A stretch of DNA of 61,641 bases, the filler included, from Sphacelaria rigidula (lineage: Eukaryota), in the NCBI GenBank assembly GCA_964200075.2. It is 10 parts of 10 records of this genome, joined end to end, with 100 filler letters (N's around TTAATTAATTAA, not from the genome) between each part and the next. Parts side by side here need not be neighbours in the genome. Positions count along the whole stretch, not along the records: positions 12,351 to 18,424 come from CAXNAA020022410.1; positions 18,525 to 24,598 come from CAXNAA020022411.1; positions 24,699 to 30,772 come from CAXNAA020022412.1; 7 more parts are not named here. One strand, written 5' to 3'. Position 1 is the first letter of the stretch, and each line of letters begins with the position of its first letter. The notes beneath the pieces are model-generated. The model did no database searches. It was not told the DNA's origin and saw only the letters and a list, made by a program, of their open reading frames with translations. The position numbers and the translations under genes were made by a program. Shown one piece after another: positions 12,855-24,795 of this stretch.

Positions 12855-15392
12855 GAGAGTTGATCCGATCGTAGACGAAACTAAATTTCAGGGCAGGAGG
12901 ATGTGCCGGCGGAGATGAATTGGTTTTCCATTTGAAAGTACGGTGCGTAGTTATCCCGAGGAAGGGAAATGAAGGGGTTGAGAGAAATATAACAGCAAGG
13001 AACAAGGGAAGAATAATTCACCGCGTTTCGGCGGGCAAAGGGTCGATGAAGATGTTATGATGCGTATCTTTGACGGGTGCGATGAAGCTCTTCCCCCCCA
13101 AATAATGAGCACCCCCCCCTGATGATGATGATGCGAGGTCGATTGTCTCATGACTAAAGCATGGATGATCATGAGTACACCCCCCTGACACGGTGATGCA
13201 TCCATGGGGCAGTGTAACCCGTGGCTGTCTCTGCAAGTGACGATACAATGAATGAAGTAATTCATTGTAGGCTGTCGTCCATGTGCAAGATAATTAGTAT
13301 GCTTCGGGCCGAACAATCTTAGTAGGGTGCAGGTCACCCCTCATGCAATCCACCGGACACAACACGGCGCTCCGCGCTTAGTGATTTGAGTGCCAGTCTA
13401 GTCCGACGAAACCCGGCATGCTCCGTCCCGGCTTCGTTGGGATGCGAGGTCAATGGTCATATGACTACGTCATGTAAGATAATAACTACCCCCCCCCCTC
13501 TTCCCCTCCGATAAGATATGGAAAATACTTTTGTGTGATGTGTGGAAGGAACGTAACGAGCACCGAAATGTTGGAGATGTCTCTATGAGGAGCAAGAATG
13601 GTGCTCCGTCTCGAAAGGGATGCGAGGTCAAATGGTCAAACGACTAAGGCAAGTAACAAATGAGTACAACCCCTCCCCCCCTCCGATTAGCACCCCTGAT
13701 GACCAGGCTTCCTTTCTTCTTTCGTAGTGGCAAGGGATCGACGCATTCCCCCCCCCCTCCCCCGTAACCTACCTGCCTCGCAAGTTATTATGTTTTGTCG
13801 ACCGTGGGATGACGACTCTTTCGTACTTCTATAACTCCGTCGACCTTTATCGTGAGTGAGGCATATGCTCTTCAATAGATGTGTCGTACCTACGTCACAT
13901 CATCATGTTTCCTCTCGTTTTTTCCAGTCTACTTACTCTGTTGTGTCTTTTGTCTTCTTCTTTTTTAAATGGGAGTGGGTGGGGGTTTCTTTGTCTAGTT
14001 GTTGTTGTTATGATCCATTATTGTCATGATCCATTGTTGTTGTTATTGTTGTTGCAGAGTGATCCGATCGTAAACACCAACAAAATTCCCTTTAGTCGTT
14101 TTTCGTCCCACACCCTGGGTGATGACAGTAGATGGCATTGCTCAAAAGTGTACTGCGTACAGTATAGAATGTATTTGTGTATTTGCAATAGACGCAATAG
14201 TCGATGCTGTACTACCCAGTACATTTTTTGACAGTGTACTCTATTTCTCATGTCCATGGTGTTTTTTTGTTTAGTTCACCTTTTGGGTTCGTCTGTCTCG
14301 TGGATAATGACCATGACTGCACTCCTCGGAGATCAGTTGATGTGCGATAATCGGTAGGTCAACCAATTAATGAACGAATGAATCGATTGATCATCTTCCT
14401 CACTGTGGCGACATCGCGCTCGTGTTCGCAGGTGGCCAACAGGCACAACGTTCTGCTTATGGGAGACAGCCTGGGTGACCCAAACATGTCGAAGGGTATC
14501 GGCGCGGAAGAGACACTCAAGATCGGCTTCCTGAACGATAAAGTGGGGCCGTCTGTTATAATTTCCAAGGGGTCGGACGAGTTGATGATTCGTCTGGAAA
14601 TTACTTGATTCTAGTGTAATTGATTCGTGCCGTACGAGTCAGTCCTTGGGTCTTGTTTTCAGCGTTGCAACCCAGGCACGTGAAATGGCGCAAAATTTGC
14701 GTGTAGACCTTTTTGACCAGCGATCAACTTTTATTCTCTCTTTCGTGCAATCAGGCCATAAAAATCGTGGATTTGGTGAGATTTGAACCGGACATGATTC
14801 GTCCGAACCGTAAAACGTTGTTTTTTTGTTTTTTTGTTGCTAAGGGGAATCGTCGCAGGTAACCTTGAAATAAGCCAAAGCACGAAAGCCTCCAGTGTCG
14901 ACTTAACAGGAGTGTGAAAAGGGTGGTGCTACGCATGTTCCGCTGTGTTATTTCCCACCCACACATCGTAATTGTACCCAGTTGTTATCCATGAAGTGAT
15001 AACGGGGTGCTGCCTAGGTTTCGACAATTCCGTATTTGGCTTGGAAACAATTCAGAAGTCGGTATTCCGCCCCTAAAAAATCAGCGGGAGGGGGGGGGGG
15101 GATGGGGTATGACTCTATGCAGGAATGTCGCGTGCCCCCTAGGTGTTGAACGTATTAGCATATGTCGTGTATATAAAACTCGAAATCATTGACCCACCAT
15201 TGCGGATCATGACTCCCGGAATATTTCCTGACGATAATGCTGTTTTTCCCCCCACTTGCTTCGTTCAAACTTTGCTGGAAATAATTGCAGGTTGAGGAGA
15301 GAATGGACGACTACCTGGCGGCCTACGACGCTGTCATTTTAGGAGACGGAGGCTTTGATTTTGCGCTAGGCATTTTGCACGATTTTGCTTAG
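12683..15392 (+). CDS. NT5C3: Pyrimidine 5'-nucleotidase (UMPH-1/NT5C3 family, HAD fold), last three exons 12683-12778, 14432-14542, 15291-15392
   Basis: DGKMIGFTGQTYHVFNKHASS..YF|VANRHNVLLMGDSLGDPNMSKGIGAEETLKIGFLNDK|VEERMDDYLAAYDAVILGDGGFDFALGILHDFA*. Contains the family motifs HVFNK, GDSLGD and LKIGFLN; splice sites are AG/GT, phase 0. Confidence 0.93.
13503..13687 (+). mobile_element. 5'-truncated LINE 3' end, subfamily 1, with 10-bp TSD CCCCTCCGAT
   Basis: Same 3' end as 17625-18165. TSD copies at 13503-13512 and 13678-13687. Confidence 0.8.
14109..14263. mobile_element. Degenerate hAT-type MITE (CATACCCTGGAC family)
   Basis: Internal similarity to 60254-60391 (GCAATAGACGCAATAGTCGAT...GTACA.TTTTTGACA). 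Confidence 0.6.
14620..14795 (-). repeat. Interspersed repeat (probable SINE); second copy at 59410-59595
   Basis: Both copies contain ATTCGT.C.GTA.GA.TCA.TCCTTGGG...GTTTTCAGCGTTGCA...GCAATCAGGCC...AATCGTGGA.TTGGTGA. Confidence 0.7.
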
Positions 15393-17610
15393 ACAATCAG
15401 TTTTGATAATTGGTGACATGACTGGGTCGAGTGTTGCCTCAATGTTTTGGATCAGTTGAGATAACGTCGGATTATTGTGCTACTTCTACAATCCACGTAC
15501 TGCCGTTCTTCGGTGTTGGTAGATTTCCTTCCCTCGATATTGTCTGTATTTCCCTTGGTTGCTTGATGGTGGGGGAAGTATAGTGCTCGATGGCAACGCA
15601 AAATGTAATATTTGTTCGCATGGCTTGAGAGAGCTGGGTGGGAAAGCGTTTGCCTTGTGAGGGTGTTATCTTATGTAAACTTATTGTGGTGTTGGTGGTG
15701 TGCGAGAATGGGAAATGACTCAATAGTGTCGCAATTACTAAGACATCGTTTAAGTTCCTTTGGTCGTACTCCATGACCAGGGAGGGACAGGGAGGAAGAT
15801 GGTTGCGTTTTGAGGTGATGACCACATCGTTATGAAAAACATTGTTGGAACATCGCCGTTGCTCTTTGTGTTCTCTAGAGTAGCCGCTGAGTCGTCAACC
15901 CATCAACCAAATGAATCGATTAGGTGGAAACCATGGCTATCTATAGTGACTCGTTCCTGCGACAAGGTGTGTGTTATTCCTGGATCCGTGCCGGTGTCCT
16001 GAGTAAGAGAACGGAGAGCACCAACCTTGACAGCACCTACTACTGTACTGCTTAGAAAACAAACGCTACGAGTTTAAACGCTGTGGCGGTTGATGTTGAA
16101 GGGTCGGAAGGTAACTGGGGTAGGGTAGGGTTCACTGGAGGGTGTTCGGGGGTGTCAATGCCCTGGATACTCTCGAATTTTTTGTATTTTTGACGGTCGA
16201 TACCCTTGGCGCACTGCAATACTGAGTTTTTTTGGTACTGCAATCGGCATGTTTAGTACCCGTACTACTTATTACTAGTACTCAGTAGTACAACTAAAGT
16301 CGGAGAATGAGCGACGACTACTTCAATGACGGCGGCTTCCACGACCCATAGTCGTTGTCGATGGACGTGTGAATGATTTGGGAAAATGTGAAGACTTGAC
16401 AAAGTTGGGTCCGCGTTTTTCTCAATTCAAAAAGTGGCTAATTGAAATAAATCATCGTGGAGGAGTGCCGTGAGTTGCGTTTGTTTGCAGAGTGCTCTGC
16501 AAAGGCCATGCTTGCTATTTTGCTGCGAAGCACGCACCCCCCACGAAGAAGACCCCACAAGAAGCTGTGTGTTGTGTATCGTGCAAAAATACCCTCACCT
16601 CGAACACGAATGCAACCCTATGAAGAACTGGGGGGAAACTCCCTTCTCCCGAGCCGGGTTCGACACGGGTAGACACAATCAATCGAACATCGCGCGCAAC
16701 GGAAAGTTTGTATTTCTACTCTTTAACAGACAGTAGTCATTTTTCCCTGTACCACGCATCATGGAGGTCTTTTTACAGCAGTGGGAAAACGTATTTACCC
16801 GCGATTGATCACGCCGGAACTACTACTGCGGTGTGCTCTGAACTGTGACCGTTCAAAACCTTCTCCCGAAGTAAAATACAAACGTCGAAGAAAACTTTTT
16901 CTCGTCGATAGTCGGGTGACGCGGTGCTCAATTTGAGGAGTTAGACCCTCGAATTTAACACGAAAATTTTTATCAACACGCGCAACATTTCTCGGTACTG
17001 TATGCCAAGGGGAGAAAAAAAGAAGAAAGCGATTTAAATTTCAGCAAAAACTGTTAGCTGCCACAACTCGTGAAGAAAAAAAGGGCGGCATGAACTTTGT
17101 ACTTGCGCGCAGAAGATCCTGGTGAAAATTCGGTTTGAAACTCGTGAAATTGGGCCCAGTGTGAAACTTCTCTTGTGACACCGCTGCACCCCTGTAATCT
17201 AGGTGATGTGTATCACTTGAGTTTTGTCCGTCCCTCCAGAGGTCAATAGTTCGATTCCCGGCATTTCCCCCCTTTCCCCCCCGCAGAATCTGGTTCCGTC
17301 GTTGAGGTTGTATATTATGCAGTACATTTTCTTTCATTTGTTTGCTAGGTAGCGGCAGAGCGTGCATGACCAGATTGGTCTGCCGTTCGCAGCGATGTGC
17401 TTGGATCGGACTGATTCGGGAAACCTGACTGTGAAGTTGTTGTGTCCTGCACGTTTGTAAGTTTTACGGCTGGCCCAGCTCGGACGGGGTGGCTCATCTT
17501 TCAGTTTTGCTTCTCCCCCTACACGATAATAACGATTCACTGCAAGCGTACTGTACTAAAACGAACAAGGGTTCAAGTGACAGCCTTGTGAGGGATAGGT
17601 TGTGCCCCCG

Positions 17611-18179
17611 CCCGCCCGCGACCACCTAAAAATATACGGGGGGTTGAAAGAGAGGATAAGGATGAAAAAATATCTGCATGGCCCAATGGACGCGGCGAAA
17701 AATTTGAAACTGGGATGTCGGGTGGGGGACGTCGACCTGCCAGAAAGAAGGGAAATACCAGTAGTAGTCGAGAGGAGGAGGAAGCAGATGCACAGAATTA
17801 CTACCATGACAAAGTAATAGAAGAGAGCAGGAGTCACATAGTGGCAGAATGTGAACTATACAAGGAGGGACGGGACGTGCTAGTTGGGGGAATGCGAGAC
17901 GTGAACGAAGGTCGTATGAAATCGTTTGATGCATTCGACCGTACGAGAAAAAACGATGGCTGTACGAGGAGGTAGATGGTGGCCACAGACGGCGATGAAG
18001 ATACGTGAAATATTTTCGTGTAAAGTATAGAAGAAACGTAACGAGCACCTACATGTTGTAGGTGTCTTTCATTAGGAGTAGGAACGGCGCTCTGTCTCGC
18101 AGGGGATGCGTGGTTAATGGTCAAACGACTAAGGCAAGACACAAATGAGTACAACCCGCCCCCTCCCCGCCCGCGACCA
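17611..18179 (+). mobile_element. 5'-truncated non-LTR retrotransposon (LINE ORF2 C-terminus plus 3' end) with 14-bp TSD
   Basis: Translates to HLKIYGGLKERIRMKKYLHGPMDAAKNLKL and EESRSHIVAECELYKE (remnant of the LINE C-terminal zinc knuckle), frameshifted. TSD CCCGCCCGCGACCA at 17611-17624 and 18166-18179. Other 3' copies at about 12476, 49150, 52114, 57110, 57232 and 58106. Confidence 0.85.
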
Positions 18180-19431
18180 GGTATCCGTTTTTTCTTCTGC
18201 TTCAGTTTTTTCGCGGTAACCATGTTGGTGATAGAGCAAGATCATACTATGCGGAATGGAGAATCCGAATCCCGCGAAAAAGAGATGACGATACTTCGTA
18301 GTGCTTATATGGTGAGACATCCATGAGGCAGTGTGTAAGCCGTGGCTGTCTCTGGAAGTGGCGATACCAGGAATTGAAGCACACTCAATGGAGGCTGTCA
18401 TCCAAATGCAAGATGATCAGTAGGNNNNNNNNNNNNNNNNNNNNNNNNNNNNNNNNNNNNNNNNNNNNTTAATTAATTAANNNNNNNNNNNNNNNNNNNN
18501 NNNNNNNNNNNNNNNNNNNNNNNNATATGATAATTTGTTATGAAATAAGACACAAACGCTGTCCGCCATTTTGTCCGTTTTTCGGATGTAGTGAGGAGCT
18601 GTCGCCGGGAGTGATGCCACTGCCAACTTGGTGTGTGCCCTGTCCCTGGCTCACAAAAAAGCCTTGGAAGCAAAACAAAGCCGCAACGGTCGGGGCTCGC
18701 TTTCCCGAGTTTTTATCATTTACTCGCATTTTATGTAGGTCCGACCCCCACTCTCCCGATTTTTTGGGGGTCACCATCCTATCGTGAAACGTGCTTATTA
18801 CACTGAAGCAGGGTGCTCGGGGGAAATTCGGGAATAAATGTACAGTACCCTACTACGAGGTGGGCCAGTAATAAATCCCGCATTTGCATGTCACACCATT
18901 ACTTATCAAGTTTACCAAATTAGCCCGACTTGAGTACATCGGTGTGACCGGCAGACCAGCGTTGGTAACCCACGGGACCGCCGCTGAAGGAAAAAAAAAT
19001 TGTACTGCATAATGTATCACCTAACCGATAGAATAAAAAAAAGGAATCCGTCGAGATTTGAGTTCGTGACCTCCATAACTGGAGTAAACTACATCACTTG
19101 AATTATAAAGAAGCGCAGCCGTGCCACACGAAAAATTCGATGCTGCGCTAAATATATGGGATTTTTGGCCGAAATTCAACCAGGATCTCCTCCACTCAAT
19201 GATGCACAACTACTTTAGGGATCCCCTCGTATTTCTTTATTTTCACGGAGTTATACGAGCTGAGCCAGCCAACAATGAGTGGTTTTCTCGCTCAGGCGAT
19301 GCACGGCGCTATATTAGGAGATGAACGCTGAAATTTTGACACCAGCTGTTTATGATCGACATGCAGAGCATCACATGAGCAGCAAAGGAGAAACACAGGA
19401 AGTTATGGAGATTTGAAATTTTCAGGGGGCT

Positions 19432-20130
19432 ACACGTTACACGTTCACGTTCACGTTACGTTCATCACGTGAAAACTATTCAACGTTCACGTTACGTTAC
19501 GTATGTCGCGGTAAATAAATTTGAATGTTACGTTAACGTTTCATATATAATTTAACGTTACGTTCACGTTACGTTCATCACGTGAAAACTATTCAACGTT
19601 CACGTTACGTTACGTATGTCGCGTTAAATAAATTTGAACGTTACGTTAACGTTTCATATAAAAATTTAACGTTACGTTAACGTTTCATATAAAAATTTAA
19701 CGTTACGTTCACGTTACGTCCATCACGTGAAAACTATTCAACGTTCACGTTACGTTACGTATGTCGCGTTAAATAAATTTGAACGTTACGTTAACGTTTC
19801 ATATAAAAATTTAACGTTACGTTCACGTTACGTTACGTATGTCGCGTTAAATAAATTTGAACGTTACGTTAACGTTTCATATAAAAATTTAACGTTACGT
19901 TCACGTTACGTTCATCACGTAAACACTGTTCAACGTTCACGTTACGTTACGTATGTCGCGTTAAATAAATTTGAACGTTACGTTAACGTTTCATATAAAA
20001 ATTTAACGTTACGTTCACGTTACGTTCATCACGTAGAAAAAAATAACGTCACGTTTCGTTACATGATACGTAATATGAAACGTTTCAATGCCACGTGGAA
20101 CGTCTAATATAATGTTACGCTGACACGTGT
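19432..20130. repeat. ACGT-rich subterminal tandem array (~113-bp higher-order unit built from ACGTT motifs)
   Basis: Unit starts at 19448 and 19561. Modules CGTTCACGTTACGTTCATCACGTGAAAACTATTCAA, CGTTCACGTTACGTTACGTATGTCGCGTTAAATAAATTTGAA and CGTTACGTTAACGTTTCATATAAAAATTTAA are reshuffled along the array. A related array lies at 21830-22125. Confidence 0.95.
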
Positions 20131-20373
20131 AGCGTTCGAATGTAACATTTCATTCTGTGCATGTCGCGGCTCATTTACCAGTGTCTAAGGCGTTGTAACG
20201 TGTCGTTTAACGCGTGATGTTACCGTGTACGTGACGCTGACGGTGATCCGTCGGCTACTTCTCATATATAAAAAAAAAGGCGTTTTCTGATAACCCACTT
20301 CTTTTATGGTGAGAAAACGCGTTCGAAATCACGCCGCACGCCAACACACCCTCCAGCCCACGACAGCAGCCAT

Positions 20374-20962
20374 GGGTGGCTTGACTGCCATCACCACTGC
20401 TGTCGCTGGTGCTCGCGGGTAGTCCGCGTGTTGCTTCATTGTCCTTCGCTCGCCAGTATCATGGTAGCTCTTTATCCCATGAGAACAGCACAGGGCAGGG
20501 TCGATGACAAGTGCTGTACAAACACTCTGTGCGTAGTTTGCACAGACAGTGTTGTAGCTCGCATTTCAGGCCTGTGCATGCAGCGCGATGCGAACAGCAC
20601 TAGACTGCCCACGCACCCAAGACTTGTAGAGACAGGATCGCACTGACCGTACACACAAGACCACAGTAAAGCAGTAGTGCTACCGCTGTAGTGTCTACAG
20701 GGCTTGGGTGCTTGGGCAGTCTGTACAATATTCGAGTGCTGTTGGCAACACGCTGCATGCACAAACCTGAAGTGAGCTACATTAATGTACAACCTACATA
20801 CAGAGTGCCTGACAGAACTCGTCATGGACCCTGCCATCTTTTGTTCTCATGGGGGTAAGGGGTAAGGGCCATCACGCTACTTGCGAGCGAAGGACAATAA
20901 AGCAAAACGCTGACTGCCCGCGAGCACCAGCGACAGCAGTGATGATGGCAGCCAAGCCATCA
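20374..20962. repeat. ~590-bp imperfect palindrome (foldback) inside the hAT element
   Basis: TGGCTTGACTGCCATCACCACTGCTGTCGCTGGTGCTCGCGGG pairs with CCCGCGAGCACCAGCGACAGCAGTGATGATGGCAGCCAAGCCA. Pairing continues inward to AGACTGCCCACGCACCCAAG / CTTGGGTGCTTGGGCAGTCT. Confidence 0.9.
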
Positions 20963-21266
20963 CTACAAAGTTTTCGTGAGATTGAGAGTAGAGGATACGA
21001 TTGACAGTGAAAAACAGTCAATTAGTGAATTACCCGTTTCAGTTCCGAAATGCACCCTCCACGAGGCCCAATATGCTTTCTGTAGTAACTTGCCACCAAG
21101 GCCCTTGATGTCCTTGATTAGGATATCGACGTGTAGCTGCTAGCACACGCCAGTGATGGAGGGGGGAAAAAGCGCACACGGAATGAATAATTGGCTAAGT
21201 TGAAGCGAATGAACAAAGCCACTCTCAATCACCGCTCGACTCTCAATCTCACGAAAACGTTTACAG
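20963..21266. mobile_element. Nested MITE with ~40-bp TIRs
   Basis: GTTTTCGTGAGATTGAGAGT at 20970 and ACTCTCAATCTCACGAAAAC ending at 21258. Confidence 0.75.
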
Positions 21267-24200
21267 CCACTGCATACAATACAGTACTGTTGTGTGTACT
21301 CTTGCCCGTGCTTTCATTTCAGTCAAGTACTACCGTGTAGTGAAAAGCACAACCGTCACTTCTACAGTCAGTTATTGGTACAGCAAGGCGGTGTTCGTAT
21401 TGATCGTCTTGCGTCACGTAGCCCATGTATTGCTCAGGCAATGTATCACAGTAGCACAGTCAGTACAGACCGTACACCACGACACGATAGCAGAGTGCTG
21501 CGTATATCTCGCGCGCCCCTGAAATTGAAATTATACTTGTATACCTCATAGAAAACGATGAGCACTGCGTTTCCAATGTGGAAAATCGCGCTGTTGATAA
21601 ACGGCTCTTCTGACAACGTGTTTTTTATACAGAAGTAGCCTTGGATGTGGTCGAGATGATTATGATGTTATGATTGTGACGTGTGGTGGGGAGAGCGCGA
21701 AATTCCTGCAATAGTACCATACCTATACCTAGGTCATTCAAACTCGCTCGTGTCATTGAAGCACCATCTTCTAGGATTTCAAAATTCATTACAAACTTGA
21801 AGCTTCACCACTGCATATGACGTGTTCATGACATTTCATGTAACATAACGTAGAGTATAACGTTACGTGTAACGTGTAACGTGTAACGTGTAGTGCACGT
21901 ATCACGTGTAATGGACGTTACACGTTTCATGAAACGTTTCATATTACGTGATTTGAACGTTGGGCAAATAAACATTCACATTACGTTACGTATGTCACGT
22001 TAAAAACATTTGACGTTACGTTAACGTTATGTTCATCGCGTGAAAAAAAATTAACGTTCACGTTACGTTTCGGCCAAAAAGTAACGTGAACGTAACGTGT
22101 AATGCTGTGACACGTGAAACGTGTAGACCCCTGGGAATTTTAGCAAAATCAAGATGATTTCATCATTCCAGCGTAAAAATGAGAATCTGCAGCTGCTGAC
22201 GGGACGTATCATTTCCTCGGGTGCAGGAGATCTCCGTGAAATTTCAGCTGAAGAGTCGTCGAAATGGGCCGTGTGTGCAACGTTTTGCTTGACGCTGCTG
22301 CACCCAACTAATACCCAGCCGATGCGGGATGATTGCTGACGTGAACCCACCGCATTAAAAAAAAAAAAAGCATTCCGACACGCTATCGCCCAACGATATG
22401 AGGCGCACCCCGTACTCTATGCAGTACAAAAACATCGACAAGACGAATCCGATCGAACAGCGACGCAGTCGTTTGTCATCAGGTGCGTCTGCAGTTCACA
22501 GTGATATGCTTACATCGAGTTCGTTCGGGAAACTGGGAAAGCTGTGGTGTGGGCAACTTTTAGCCGCTTGTAAGCTGGCCCAGCTCGTGGCATTTTCGTA
22601 GTTTTTGCAGAAACTTCAAATTGCTCCAACTTTCTGTGTTTTTTTTTCCGTTGCATTCCCGGGAAGGTTGTGCGTAGTGATGATAAAAAATGTTGTGTCA
22701 ATTTTTCAGCGCCCACGGCCTCGGATTACCTACCGCCCGGCCGGGGTACATTCGCAAATCCTGTCAGCTGGCCCAGCTCGTACATGCGTGGTCATGTTCA
22801 CAAGGCGGCTGAATCTAGCAACACAGAGGAACGAGAGACGGAGCTCGAGGCATGAGTTCTGCGCATCTCACCGTTGAGGCGGTCCAGCGTGCAGTGAGGT
22901 CGTATGCAATCGACGGGAACGAACAAGTTGTGTATAGATAGCTGATCTCCGTCGCGGAGAACTGCCCAGAGCGTGTAAGGGAGTATGCAGCGGCAGCAGC
23001 TGCTGCAGTCCGAGAGACGTACTGTACTGTATGCGCGGCGCAACGCCCATGCCCTTCGGAGAGAATTTGCCGCTTGCAACAAAGAGGGAAGTCGCGGCCC
23101 ACCTCGACCACACAGGGCTGTGTGGTAACATGATGGGGACAACAATATCATCCAACGCCACAAGTGGCGGCCGGCGGTTGCCACGTCCCGTTGAAATTTC
23201 TCCACGGTGACTCATACTGCTTGATACATCTGTACATCACCTGATGTGCACAACACCAGAATTACAATTTGTAGCTGCGCCTGAAAATAGATTGGACGAA
23301 ACTTTCGGTGTTCCTAATAACCTTGTGGTTCCATACGTGGATTCTCAGGAACATGAAGCCACTGTTTTGTGCATACGCCAGACAAGTCATTCCTGATCAG
23401 CCTCATTGGTCATTCTGCAGGCCTAGTCCCAAAAGGGTTGATGCATGAATTGCTCCTTGAATGTCTTGGGTAGTAGTAGTGTGTCATCCTGCGGTGATAT
23501 TGATGAAGGGGTGGTGTTCAACGTAGCTCAATATAGTAACGACGTGACTGCAGGTGTATCGGCATGACCCATAAATATAACAGCCCAAAGAAAATGTCAT
23601 CCCCCGGAGGTATTTTCCACGGTTGACGACGACAACATACTGTGTTGCTGTGTATTACCACGCTGATCGATCCTTCTCGTCGGGTGTTCTTTTTGGCAGA
23701 ATGTGGGCGTTGTGTGCTGAAAACGGTCCCGTTTAGTTTTCGATTCGACCGCGATCTCCGTAAACCACGGATTACCATTATTGCGGGGGGAGGAGATACC
23801 GAACTTCGATTTTTGCTGTAAGTTGCGGCACCCCCGTCGTCCACGTCGCCGAGAATTGTGTCGTCAGAGTGGGAGCTATTTTGTTGAGATATTCCGGTAA
23901 TGACGGGATCTTCACCGAAGTTACGGGACGCCGGTTATCAAGAAAACTGAGGCTAGATTTCTCTCATCGCTCCCGGGCATAACATCGTCAGTTTTCTCGT
24001 GCTGTTCACAGTGAACACGAATCGCGCTCCGCAGATGTCGTGGGCAAAATAACAGAGATCTCCCCCCCTCCGGCCCCCACCCGTGCTCTCCTTGAATGGT
24101 TGAGCAGTCCCGCTTCCATATCTTGCTTTTGCACCTGTACCTGTACATATGTATTATATGTACGTGCGTGTATGTCATGTATCTAGAGCTATGCAGACAT

Positions 24201-24286
24201 GAATGTACGATTGTGTGAGTGTTTGATTGTGTGCGGTTTTCTTAGTCTTTGTGCTTGTTTTTTTGTCGCCCCGCCTTCATTTACAG

Positions 24287-24429
24287 GCGGATATGCTGAT
24301 GGAATGCGTCAAGCACGGGACGGTAGTGCGCGTCGCCACCCCGGAGACGCCGGGTTACTTCGGCTGCGTGTGTGTCACGTTTGACGGGTCCACCGGTGCT
24401 CGGGAGTGCGCCAAGGCTATGCACGGCCG
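24287..24429 (+). CDS. Internal exon encoding a UHM-type RRM (Tat-SF1/U2AF-like splicing factor)
   Basis: ttacag|ADMLMECVKHGTVVRVATPETPGYFGCVCVTFDGSTGARECAKAMHGR|gtgagg matches the UHM pattern D..EC.K.G.V...G.V.V.F.....A..C...M.GR(WF). Confidence 0.82.
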
Positions 24430-24495
24430 GTGAGGAACGTTTGTGCTCCTCTCGGTTTACTTGCCCTTTTCACCATCCTCTGTCTATCCGTATTT

Positions 24496-24527
<32 letters not shown>

Positions 24528-24795
24528 ACTCCCCACACACCACCCCCACCAACCCCCCACCGTGACGGCACCACCAGCGGAGAGGGGGAGGGAAAGGGNN
24601 NNNNNNNNNNNNNNNNNNNNNNNNNNNNNNNNNNNNNNNNNNTTAATTAATTAANNNNNNNNNNNNNNNNNNNNNNNNNNNNNNNNNNNNNNNNNNNNAA
24701 AAAAAAGCGGGGGAAAAAAAAAAAGGGGGCGGGGGGGAAAAAAAAAAGACCCCCCCCCCCCCCCCCCCCCCCCGTGCGGTCATCAAACGGCACAG

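Larger units (their letters stand above)
19423..22133. mobile_element. Non-autonomous hAT-superfamily DNA transposon (2.7 kb)
   Basis: TIRs CAGGGGGCTACACGTTACAC and GTGAAACGTGTAGACCCCTG; 8-bp TSD GAAATTTT (19415-19422) / GGAATTTT (22134-22141); subterminal repeat arrays at both ends; no transposase ORF. Confidence 0.88.

Noticed and set aside
19432..20130. CRISPR-like array
   Set aside because: The spacers are themselves repeated, no cas genes are present, and the array lies inside hAT TIRs and TSD. ORF 19727-20107 is just the translated repeat.
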